DNA from: Macrostomum lignano
Lineage: Eukaryota
Reading direction: 5' to 3'
DNA: 53,447 bases
Assembly: GCA_002269645.1 (NCBI GenBank)
Contig: NIVC01000157.1
Coordinates: forward strand, 622,345 to 675,791
The notes under the pieces were generated by a model that made no database searches, was not told the DNA's origin, and was given only the letters and a program-made list of their open reading frames with translations. Below are positions 11,844 through 22,474 of this stretch, piece after piece (within the stretch, counting starts at the first letter, position 1; each line of letters starts with the position of its first letter). Made by a program: the position numbers and the translations under genes.

Positions 11844-13199
11844 ATTATTTGTTCTCATTTTCGCACCTAATTATCACATTTTCCCAGATTTTCTTTTTCT
11901 ATTGTTCTCATTTTCGCACCCAATAAGTACCTTTTCTCCAATTTTTACTTTTCTCCTTTACTCCGATTTCCATTTCCTTTGTTCTCGACCCGAGCCCCAT
12001 TGTTCTCAATGTTTGCTTGCGCAACACTTTCTCGACCCCCCGCTGTGCTCATTATCCACCCACCCCTACTCCGGATTGCGCAATTTTCCCATTTCTCATG
12101 TTGCTATGCCGTTCTCATGCTTCTCATCATGACTCATTCTGACGTCATTTCTCCGGCAGCCAATCAGAGAGGGAGTCATGGAAACGACCTTAGAGTGGCG
12201 GCAGTGAGGTCTATTTAAGGGAGCGGTTTTCGGCGTGAGAACCTTCACCTCAATTGTTAATTGTTAATTAACTAGTTAATTTTTTTTTAAAATTGGTTAA
12301 TTTCGGTAATTTTTATGTATTAACTAATTAACAAAAATCGTTAAATTTTTTCTTTAAGTTAAAGTTAAATGACAAAAGTTACTTATTTCTTTGTTAAATT
12401 ATTTATTCTTTCATAAGTTTTTTTTTCTTTTTTTGTTTAAACGAGAAGAAAGAAGGAGAGTCCTGAGTCAAAAAAGGGAAAAGAGAAGAGTACAAGAGGA
12501 GAGAGGTGAGAGAATATATGAGAGTAAATATGACAAATGAGAGAAGGGAATTAAGAGAGCAGAAATGAGAGCAGAAATGTTATTTTTTAAATTTTTTTAA
12601 CGATTTAAAAAAACTAGTTAACGCCCAGCACTGTGTAGAAGAGACGGATGGTCCGCCAAACTATTTGGAGCTGAGGCTCAAGCGAGACGATAAAAAACCG
12701 AGCACAAAAGACAAGGGGAACAGGCAAAGTGGATTATGTACAAATTAAGGAACCCAGATTATAACGATTCAGTATCATACTTTTCAGGCATGCACCTAAA
12801 ATGCATAATGACAGATGCGCGCCCTTACGCTCGTATGTAGCGGTTTCGTATTATCGAATTAGTATTGATTGCCAATAATCTATATACTAAAAATGAATGT
12901 GTCTGTGTGTAAATCCAATATACTAAAAATCAAAACCTGTATATACTAAAGTTGACGTGTTGTTTGTCTATATACTAAAATGAATGTGTCTGTGTGTAAA
13001 TGACAGCCTAGAGGAAAAACGGCTAGATTGATTTTCACCTGACTTGAGCCAATGGATCGGAAATATTATGGGGAGTGTCTATGTGGCGTTTAAATGTTTA
13101 ATTTCAATTAAGAAATGGGTGAAAATATCCATAATATCCACAAATCTGTTATTTCCTATCTCTGTAATGTATTTATCAATGCTCCCTTGAGCATTGAAG

Positions 13200-14271
13200 G
13201 GAGAAACTGATTTCCGCCATCATGGCGATGTACCAGGACACGACCGCTTCGGTGATGACGCCAGATGGACTGTCAGACCAATTCAGCACGTCGTCAGGCG
13301 TGCTGCAGGGTGACACTTTGGCGCCTTTTCCGTTTGTGCTGGCACTGGACTGGGTGCTGAGAACCGGCTGCCCAACCTGGATGACGGCTTCCTTTTGAGA
13401 AGACGCACGAGTCGGCGGCACCCGGAGAAGCGGCTCTCCGTTCTCGGCTACGCGGACGACCTCGCGCTACTTTCATCGACGGCTGAAGGTGCCCAGCGGC
13501 TGCTTGATGGCCTGACGGCGGCAGCGTCGCGGGTCGGCCTTAAGCTGAACGCGCGGAAGACGGTGGTGTTCACGGTGCCCTCCGACTTGCCGGCCGAGAT
13601 CAATTACCGAGACGCTGCCGGGAATGCATTTATGCTTACCCGCTGCGAGCGCTTTGTGTACCTCGGCGGTTCCGTGCCGGACGTTGCCGACGACCTGAAG
13701 AGACGACGAGGACTGGCCTGGGCCGCATTTCGATCTGTGCGCTCCGTGCTCCAATCTGAGGCCCAGGACGACGGGCTCAAGGCTCGGCTGTTTCAGACAG
13801 TCGTCGAGACTGTCCTGTTGTACAACGCCGAGACTTGGACCCTGACATACGCCTTGGAGGGGCAGCTGGACGCTGCGCATGCGGCAATGCTGCGTGCGGC
13901 TTTCGTAGTGCGCAGCGGCCCAGGCAGCGAGACCAATGCCGCGCTCTACACTAGGGCGTGCCTGACGCGGCCTTCTGACCTGCTGCGCGGGCGGCGACTT
14001 CGACTGGCTGGCCATGTCATCTGATCGGAGGCCCGCTGTCCTGAGCCGCTACACGACGTGCTGCTGCTCAAGCTGCAGGGACCGCGGAGGCGAGGCCAAG
14101 GGCGAACGGTGCGATACCCTGACTGACTTCTGAGTGACGCTGGCGCCCCGGACCAAGCAGGGGGATGCGACTTCCTGAGGGCAATGGCCCAGAGACGCGC
14201 TTTCTGACTGCTCCCCCCTTTCTGGCTACTGCGTGGCCGGCGGGAGCAGTACCTTGTTGTTGTTGTTGTTC
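13200..14271 (+). mobile_element. 5'-truncated RTE-clade-like LINE fragment
   Basis: GVLQGDTLAPF, LGYADDLALL, GLKLNARKT, FVYLG, LLYNAETW, RRLRLAGHVI motifs; (TTG)n tail at 14254-14270; possible TSD TTGAAG at 13194-13199 and 14272-14277. Confidence 0.85.
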
Positions 14272-14483
14272 TTGAAGCATAGTCTGTGGGTCAAACTGCG
14301 TATATTGAGATTCTGCCAAGCAGCATCATGTGTATTTATCTATTTTAGTTTTAAGCTAGGGAATGATTTCAATCTACAAACTCAAAGCAGCTCGGTAAAG
14401 CATATAGTACCGATATTTAAATAATTATTTTATTCTTTATTCTTGAATGACTAAGAGCTTTCGACTGATTTTCCAACGAAAAA

Positions 14484-14845
14484 ATGGTACGACGGCTATT
14501 GCGTGAGATGAAGAAGAGTCGGGATGAGAATAAACGACGTCAAGAAGAAAGTGCTGAATGTAGGAGAGAGAGAGACTGAGTAATTTGCGCGAAGCAGTGA
14601 AAAGGAATCGCGATGGAGAGTCAGCGGCCGTCCTGGAGGCCCGCCTTCGTGACAAAAGGCAGCGGATTGCTGACCGTCGGGCCACTGAGTCAGCGGCCGT
14701 CCGGGAGGCCCGTCTACGCGACGACAGGCAGAGGAAGGCTGACCACCGGGCTACTGAGTCCACGACCGACCGGAAGGCCCGCCTAAGCGACAAGAGGCAG
14801 CGTGAAATACACCGGGCTGAAAATTCTGCAATGCTGGTATCGTAA
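14484..14845 (+). pseudogene. Helitron N-terminal charged repeats (ES...REARL..DRQR), frameshifted in a (GA)n run
   Basis: ATG at 14484 reads MVRRLLREMKKSRDENKRRQEESAECRRER, shifts at ~14570 into ORF 14585-14845, which has 3-4 repeat units of about 22 aa. Confidence 0.55.
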
Positions 14846-15393
14846 GTACGGCGCGTTGGCCAATATCCGCGTTATTCTACGTTTTACCTCCTCTATTTTG
14901 GAATAAGTGTCGCCTTAAAAATGATATCTTCTAAGTTACGTAGAATTTTTAACGAAGGTAAGCTTAGATACCTAAAGGAGCTAAATGATTGCATATAGGT
15001 AAAAAGATACAATTCTGGCGGCAAATTTGCAGTAGATGCGCCAATGTTTTATTTTTTCTTATTCGAATAATTGGTATGATGTGATACGGAGCTTTGTGTA
15101 CCTTAGTTTCGCCTAAAGTAATTTCAGAATATAAACGTTTGTATTTCAGAGGCAAGGCAGTGACAAAATTTGCTTACGCATTTCAAGAACAGTTTCTCAC
15201 CTAATAGATCGCTTGACTATTCGTCTCAAAGTTTATGATATCTCACGTTGGCACAGCTGATTCCATAAAGAAATAGTTTCTGTTACTCATCTGTCAAAAT
15301 GGATTAAGCGCTTGTCACTGCATATGCCAACCTGTTATGTTACTTACGTCTTTGATCTGATAAAATCCTAATCTACTTCATGCTTACACGCAG

Positions 15394-16147
15394 GTCGGCT
15401 GGGGTTCACTCCCCGTGGACTCCAACGGAAACGTTGCACTGCCGCCTGAGATCCTTCTGCCGCCGGACAGCACCACGGAGCAACTGATTCGCTTCGTTTA
15501 CCTTCCTTCTTGGAGTCAGAGGAGCGAGATGGCTTCTTCGCATCGAGAGCCATCCTGGCGCCTTTCAATGACACGGTAGACAAGATCAACGAGGAATGCC
15601 TGCAGCTGTTTCCAGATTACCAGGAGTACAAGTCCATCGACAGTATTCCAGACGCGGATGAGCACGCAGTTTGCCACTTCCCACCAGAGGTGCTCAATGG
15701 ACTCAACGCACCCAACCTGCCGAAGCACATCCTGAAGTTCAAGATCGGAATTCTTGTCGTTCTGCTGCGCAATCTCAACCCTCCGAGACTCTGCAATGGG
15801 ACGCGCCTCATCGTCGTCGCCATGGTCAACAACGTGCTCTGCTGCAAAGTAACGGCCGGTCAGTTCCGGGCGACATCGTGCTTCTGCCTCGGATCCCACT
15901 GGTGCCAAACAACGCGGATCTGCCTGTGACGTTTAAACGGCTGCAGTTCCCGGTGAAGCCGAGCTTCTGCCTCACGATTCACAAGGCGCAGGATCAGACG
16001 CTAGAAACCGTTGGATTCGATCTGACGGTGGGCTGCTTCACACACGGCCAGCTGTACACTGCGCTGTCCCGTGCGAAAGACGCAGCGAATGTCCGTGTGA
16101 GGCTGACTGAGCCTGTTACTACGAATTTTATTTATCCTGAGGTTTTG
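15394..16147 (+). pseudogene. PIF1-like Helitron helicase C-terminal part, frameshifted
   Basis: RAILAPFNDTVDKIN, LLRNLNPPRLCNGTRL, LPRIPL, FKRLQFPVKPSFCLTIHKAQDQTL, FTHGQLYTALSR, TNFIYPEVL; preceded by the acceptor-like CACGCAG at 15387-15393. Confidence 0.9.
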
Positions 16148-16477
16148 GTTACAGTTCAAGTTAGAGTTTTGCTGCCAGCCTCAATAATTAATTGTGCACA
16201 TAGCTGTGTTTTATAACCTTGCCTAATATTTAATTAGTATTTAGTCTATGGGCTAATTTCGGATGCGTGTTAGAAGATTGCCTTTACTTTTATGACTACG
16301 ATTGCGCACATCATACTCATGCATTCTGAACCTCTATCTATTTTCCTCAATTCAATTCATTTGCCAACCCACCACCATTCTCGTACCTACCAATTCATGC
16401 TGCCTGGCGTTTGAAAAGCTTTTATATTGTTGTGCATATTTTGTTTCATTGACTTCAACCGCCAAAGCATTATTAAA

Positions 16478-17053
16478 ATGTCGCAGCCGACGACACCGAA
16501 ACAGCACAGCTCTTCCACTGCCAAACCGGAGAACCTCTTGGAAAAATTTCCAGACACCGTCACTGCCTTGAACAACAAATGAAAGTCAAGCTTGACCAGA
16601 TTGAGCGCTCGGCAAGCTGCCTCAACGAGATTTCCACCCAAGAATCTCGAAAGAATGGAAGCTTCTTTGATATTCTGATGGAGAATCAGACTGAGATTGC
16701 AACGCTTCGCCGCAGCTTAATGGAGAAAGATCAGCAGATCATATTAGTAACTGCTGAGCGCGACCAGGCCCTCGAACAATTGGCGATCGTTTCAACCGAG
16801 CGTGATCAACTGGCGATTCTGACAAGTCCAAGTCTCCATGTAGCCATTGAAGACGTGGAACGACGGCAGTCATCTCATGCTTCCAAGCGGGCGTCGTCAG
16901 AAGCCTCTATCTCTGAAACACCCAAGAGGCGCCACGATTCACCTGACCAAGACCAACAGGCCGACGGCGGCGAGAAAAACTAGGCTTTGTCATCCGCGGC
17001 GCATCCGGCCACAGCGAGGAGGCAATGGACTATGTCTATGGTTTGGTCTCTGA
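16478..17053 (+). pseudogene. Coiled-coil ORF remnant, possibly LINE ORF1
   Basis: ATG 16478 needs a 1-bp shift to join ORF 16579-16983 (heptad-rich); a further shift gives RREKLGFVIRGASGHSEEAMDYVYGL, like the start of an ORF1 RRM. Resemblance only. Confidence 0.3.
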
Positions 17054-17539
17054 CCATTGAGTTTCTCCATCTTTAACTATTTGCCTAGCATGGTCTGTTC
17101 GAAGACGCTCAATTTTTTGCTGCTTCTGCTGGTGCTGGTGCTGAAAATTTAGATGAAATAAAAGAGCAGAGAACTAAAATACTATTACTAAAATACATTA
17201 TCTACATACAGACATATACACAATACATACAACATACATTTAGTGAACTGATTACTTAAGTAATCAGTACAATATTTTGCAGTAACCTACCCGTCATCAT
17301 CATCACTTCACTAAAAACTAGAAGCTCATCTATAGCTCATAATATAATAATATAAAAATAATATAATATAAATAATATAATAATATAATAATATAATATA
17401 ACGAGTGGAACTCCTCCTCTGGAGGAGAAAGGGGAAGAACTCTCATCGCCTGAATTCCATTCCCTGAAATCCATCAGCTGAAACTCCATGACTTGAATCC
17501 CATCTTCCAAATCATCTCCAAATTCTCTGTAAAGCCTTT

Positions 17540-18595
17540 TTGCTCTCCTCTTTGCCCTCTCATCTCTACAGTGTAGTCTCTTATCTCTTCTCTCTAATCT
17601 GCTTTCCATCTCTAGTCTCTCATCTCTGCTCTCTCTTCTTTGCTATCTTATATCTAGTCTCTCCTCTCATCTCTACTCCCTTATGTATCTCTTCTCCCTC
17701 GTCTTTCGTCTGTACCCTCTCCTGTCTCTTGTCTCCTCTCTTCTCTCATATCTCTCCTCTTCACTTCTGTCTCCTGTCTCCTCTCTTCTCTCTTATCTCT
17801 CCCTCTTCTCTCCTCTCTCATATGTCATCTCTACTCACTTATCTATCGTCTCTCTTTACCCTCTCTCTCCTCTCTGCTCTCATTTCTCATATCTCATATA
17901 CGCTCTCACACTCTACTTTCTTGTCTCCCATCTTTCTTTCCTCCTTTCCACTATCCCCTGTCTCTTCTCTTCTCTCTTTTCTCCTCTCCTTTTTCCTTTC
18001 ATCTTCTCCCCTCTCTTCTCTAATCTCTAATCTCTTCTCTCTTATGTTCTCACGCATCTCTTCTCATCGCATCTCTCATCTCTCCTCTCCTCACTACTTT
18101 CCTCTCTTAACTCTCTCATCTCTGATCTTTCATCTCTCTCCTCTCTCCTCTCTCTCTTCTCCTTTAGCTTCTCTCTCCTCTCATCTCTACTACCTTATTT
18201 ATATCCTCTCCCTGGTCTTTCGTCTCTACTCTCTCCTGTCTCCTTTCTCCCCTCTTTTCTCCTCTCTTCTCTCTCATGTCTTCCCTCCTCTCTCATCCCT
18301 CATCCCCTCATCTCACTCTTTCTTTCTCCTCTACTCTCCAATCTCTTCTATTTCCTCTGTACGCTCTTATCCCTCATCTACTCTCTCTCTCTCCTATTAT
18401 CTCTCTTGTATCCCTTTGCTATCTCATATCTCCCCTCTCATCTCCTCTCTCCTCTTCTCTTCTCTCTCCTTCGTTCCCGCCTTACTCCCCTCTTCTCTCT
18501 GATCTGTCATGTCTAATCTCTCCACTCATTTCTACTCTCTTTTCTACCCACTCATCTCTTTACTCTTTTCATTCTTGTCTTTACTCTCTTCTCTG
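17540..18595. repeat. CT-rich low-complexity tract
   Basis: Degenerate (CT)n/(TCTC) sequence; homologous tract at 20070-21025. Confidence 0.9.
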
Positions 18596-18599
18596 ACTG

Positions 18600-18925
18600 T
18601 TTGAAGATTCCAAATCCATCAAGATCCTCTCCGCGAAGCAGAAATCCTGTCCGTGAAGCTGAAAACCATCGAAATCTACTCCGTGAAACTGGACTCCTTC
18701 AAAATCCTCTCCTTGAAACTTAAATCCATCAAAATCGTCTCCATAAAACAGAAATCAATCAAAAATTATCTCCGCGAAACAGAAATCCTCTCCGTGAAGC
18801 TGAACATCATCAAAATCCTCTCCGTGAAACTAAGCACCATCGAAAGCCTCTCCACGAAAAAAAAATTCTCTCCGTCAAAATTAAAACATTGAAATCGTCT
18901 CCGCTAAACTGGACTCAATCGAATT
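18600..18925 (+). repeat. Degenerate ~30-bp tandem repeat (ATCGAAATCCTCTCCGTGAAACTG-like)
   Basis: Recurrent AAATCCTCTCCGTGAA core; second array at 21030-21325. Confidence 0.8.
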
Positions 18926-18960
18926 TTTTCCGTCAAACAACTCAACTCTCTGGATTCATT

Positions 18961-18984
18961 GGTTAGGGTTAGGGTTAGGGTTAG
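18961..18984 (+). repeat. Interstitial telomeric repeat, (TTAGGG)~4
   Basis: GGTTAGGGTTAGGGTTAGGGTTAG read directly. Confidence 0.9.
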
Positions 18985-20069
18985 AACTACGCACAGCTTC
19001 GTGTTAAAAGGCACTGATAAAAATATTGAACTAATTGAATCAATTCATTGCGCAACCGATTTCACAGTCAGTCAGTATCAGTCTCAGTTAAAGTTAACAA
19101 AAACATTGCGCAATCTAATTGAACCCTCCAATACACAGCAGCAGTGAGAAGTTGAACCCTCCCCCCAACTTTATCTATTACGTCTCGCAAAACTAAGTAC
19201 AATCTTTGCAGAAAGTTAAAAGTATGGAAATAGTTTTTCAAATGCTGTGCTTTTTCTTTTCATATATAAAGCAAACAACTTATATCCCCGAACTCAGCGT
19301 TGCAAGATCTTTCCAGCAATATAAGTTTCTCCTCTCAAAGTTTAAAACTCGAGGAACAGTTAGCGTTTGAAATTTACCGATTTCCCGACTGCTTGCTTGA
19401 GAAGCTCGCAATTCATTGAATTTCACTGCCAAGCTAATACACAGGGCTGCCTATGGAGAAAAAAAGGCGCCAATAAAAAACCAATTGAATTTCGACACAG
19501 TCTATCTATTTACACTGTACAACTGCTATGTACACTCAGCCCAAGCCCTACCCCCGTTCTGGGGGAAGCAATTTAACTGAACCCCCCAACACGCGGGGGG
19601 TTTTATTTGCATTGAACCCAGAACACGCGCACCCACCACCCCTCAATACACAGCGGCCCGCGGGCGGAGGTTGGGGTGGCTATTTTTACAAACTGGCTGC
19701 AGCCCCAGGCAGAGTGACCAAAGAAGGTTATTGGGGGTTAAAAAAACAGTTTTCTGCTTTTTAAGGGATGTTAAAATGTGAAAATTAAAAATTAAAATAG
19801 CCTAAAGCCTGCTCCGGAAAATTTGCAGTTTTCCCATATAAGTTTCGACGCTGACTTGCCAGTATTGTAGGAGTTCACTTGCAACAGACAGACACACAAA
19901 CATCGCGTCAGTTTTAGTATTAGGACGAGTGGAACTCCTCCTCTGGAGGAGAAAGGGGAAGAACTCCCATCACCGGAATTCTGAAGGGGAAGAACTCCTA
20001 TCAGCTGCAATTCCATGAATTGAATCCCATCTTCCAAATCATCTCCAAATCCTCTACAATCTATCAACT

Positions 20070-21025
20070 CCCATCTCTCATCTCTTGCGCCCTGCGCTCT
20101 GATTTTTATTTTTACTCTCTTCTTTCTCCTCACTAATTACTCATCTCTAAACTTTCATCTCTCTCATCTATGATCTTTCATCTCTCTTCTCCCTCCTCTC
20201 TCCCTTCTCTCGCTTCTCTCTCTACTCTATTCCTACTCTTCTCGCTTATCTCTTCTCTCTCATATCTCATTTCTACTCACTTATCTATTGTCTCCGCTCT
20301 ACTTTCTCTCTTCCCTTTTCTCTCTTCTCTCTGCTCTCATTTCTCGTATCTCTTATACGCCCTCACCCTCTCCTTTCTTATCTACCATCTTTCTTCCCTA
20401 CTTTCTACTGCATCACCTGTCTCCTCGCCTCTCTTTTCTCTCCTCTCCATTCTCTCTTCTTTCCTCTCATCTCCCCTCATCTCTTCTCTAATCTCGAATC
20501 TTTCCTCCCTCATATCTCTTCTCTACTCACTTATCTATTCTCTCTCCTCTGCTCCCCTTTTACACTTTCCTATATGCTCCCACTCTCACCCTCTCCTTTC
20601 TTATCTCCTGTTTTTTTACACTCCTTTCTACCACCTGTCTCCTCGTTTCTCTCCTCTCTGCACTCTCATCTTTACCCTCTTCTTTCTCCTCACTACTTTC
20701 TTCTTTTAAATCTCTGATCTCTGATCTTTCATCTCTCTCCTCTCACCTCTCACCTCTCTCCTCTCTTTCCTCTCTTTTATTGCCTCTGTACGCTCTTATC
20801 CCTCTTTTCTTCTCTCTCCTGTCTCCTCTCTGCTATCTCATATCTCCTCTCTCCTATCCTCTCCCTTCATCTCCTCTCTCATCTTCTCTTCTCTCTCCTT
20901 CGTTGCCGCCTTACTCCCCTCTTCTCTCCGATCTGTCATGTCTAATCTCTCCACTCATTTCTACTCTGTTTTCTATCATCTCATCTCTCTTCTCTTTTCA
21001 TTCTTCTCTTTACTCTCTTCTCTGA
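20070..21025. repeat. CT-rich low-complexity tract (second copy)
   Basis: Shares blocks with 17540-18595, e.g. CCTTACTCCCCTCTTCTCT...GATCTGTCATGTCTAATCTCTCCACTCATTTCTACTCT. Confidence 0.9.
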
Positions 21026-21029
21026 CTGA

Positions 21030-21325
21030 TTGAAGATGCCAAATCCATCAAGATCCTATCCGCGAAGCAGAAAAATCCTGTCCGTGCAACTGAAGACCAT
21101 CGAAATCCTCTCCGTGAAACTGGACTCCTTCGAAATCCTCTCTTTGAAACTTAAATCCATCAAAATCGTCTCCATAAAACAGAAATCAATCATAAATTAT
21201 CTCCGCGAAACAGAAATCCTCTCCGTGAAACTGAACATCATCGAAATCCTCTCCACGAAACAGAAATCCTCTCCGTCAAAAAACATTAAAACATTGAAAT
21301 CGTCTCCGCTAAACTGGACTCAATC
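21030..21325 (+). repeat. Degenerate ~30-bp tandem repeat (second array)
   Basis: Paralog of 18600-18925. Confidence 0.8.
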
Positions 21326-21365
21326 GAATTTTTTCCATCAAACAACTCAACTCTCTGGATTCATT

Positions 21366-21389
21366 GGTTAGGGTTAGGGTTAGGGTTAG
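21366..21389 (+). repeat. Interstitial telomeric repeat, (TTAGGG)~4
   Basis: Identical 24-mer to 18961-18984. Confidence 0.9.
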
Positions 21390-22443
21390 AACTACGCACA
21401 GCTTCGTGTTAAAAGGCACTGATAAAAATATTGAACTAATTGAATCAATTCATTGCGCAACCGATTTCCCAGTCAGTCAGTATCAGTCTCAGTTAAAGTT
21501 AACAAAAACATTGTGCAATCTAAATCAACCCTCCAATACACAGCAGCAGGGAGAAGTTGAACCCTCCCCCCAACTTTATCTATTACGTCTCGCAAAACTG
21601 AGTACAATTTTTGCAGAAAGTTAAAAGTATGGAAATAATTTTTTAAATGCTGTGCTTTTTCTTTTCATATATAAAGCAAACAACTTATTTCCCCGAACTC
21701 AGCATTGCAAGATCTTTCCAGCAATATAAGTTTCTCCTCTCAAAGTTTAAAACTCGAGGAACAGTTAGCGTTTGAAATTTACCGATTTCCCAACTGCTTG
21801 CTAGAGAAGCTCGCAAGTTTATTCATTGAATTTCACTGCCAAACTAATACACAGGGCTGCCCATGGAGAAAAAAGGCGCCAATAATAAAACCAATTGAAT
21901 CTCGACACAGTCCTGACTCCTATCTATCTGTTTACACTGTACAACTGCTATGTACACTCAGCCCAAGCCCAACCCCCCGTTCTGGGGGAAGCATTAAATT
22001 TAACTGAACCCCCCCCCCCTTAACACGCGGGGGGTTTTATTTCCACTCGCACCCACCACCCCTCAATACACAGCGGCCCGCGGGCGGAGGTTGGGGTGGC
22101 TATTTTTACAAACTGGCTGCAGCCCCAGGCAGAGTGGCCAAAGAAGGTTATTGGGGGTTAAAAAAGCAGTTTTCTGCTTTTTTAGGGATGTTAAAATGTG
22201 AAAATCAAAAATTAAAATAGCCTAAAGCCTGCTCCGGAAAATTTGCAGTTTTCCCATATAAGTTTCAACGCTGACTTGGCAGAATTGTAGGAGTTCACTT
22301 GCTACATACATACATACATACAGACAGACAAACATCGCTAGAGTTTTAGTATTAGGACTAAAGCCTGCTCCGGAAAATTTGCAGTTTTCCCATATAAGTT
22401 TCAACGCTGACTTGGCAGAATTGTAGGAGTTCACTTACAACAT

Positions 22444-22474
<31 letters not shown>

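Larger units (their letters stand above)
12879..16147 (+). mobile_element. Degenerate Helitron (5' terminus, N-terminal repeats, helicase C-terminus), interrupted by a LINE
   Basis: A|TCTATATACTAAAAATGAATGTGTCTGTGTGT at 12879, repeated at 12967; charged-repeat ORF; PIF1-like helicase. No 3' hairpin/CTAG found. Confidence 0.75.
17402..19925 (-). mobile_element. Non-autonomous Helitron-like unit 2 (~2.5 kb)
   Basis: Minus strand begins TCCTAATACTAAAACTGACGCGATGTTTGTGTGTCTGTCTG and ends CTCCTCCAGAGGAGGAGTTCCACTCG|T; colinear with 19926-22357. Confidence 0.75.

Noticed and set aside
12260-12635. AT-rich block ending TTAACGCCCAGCACTG, like a MITE terminus
   Set aside because: No partner inverted repeat or TSD found in the window.
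17540-18502. 320-aa Ser/Leu-rich ORF (also 20170-20709 and others)
   Set aside because: A by-product of stop-poor CT-rich low-complexity DNA; no motif, and the frame is not conserved between the two copies.
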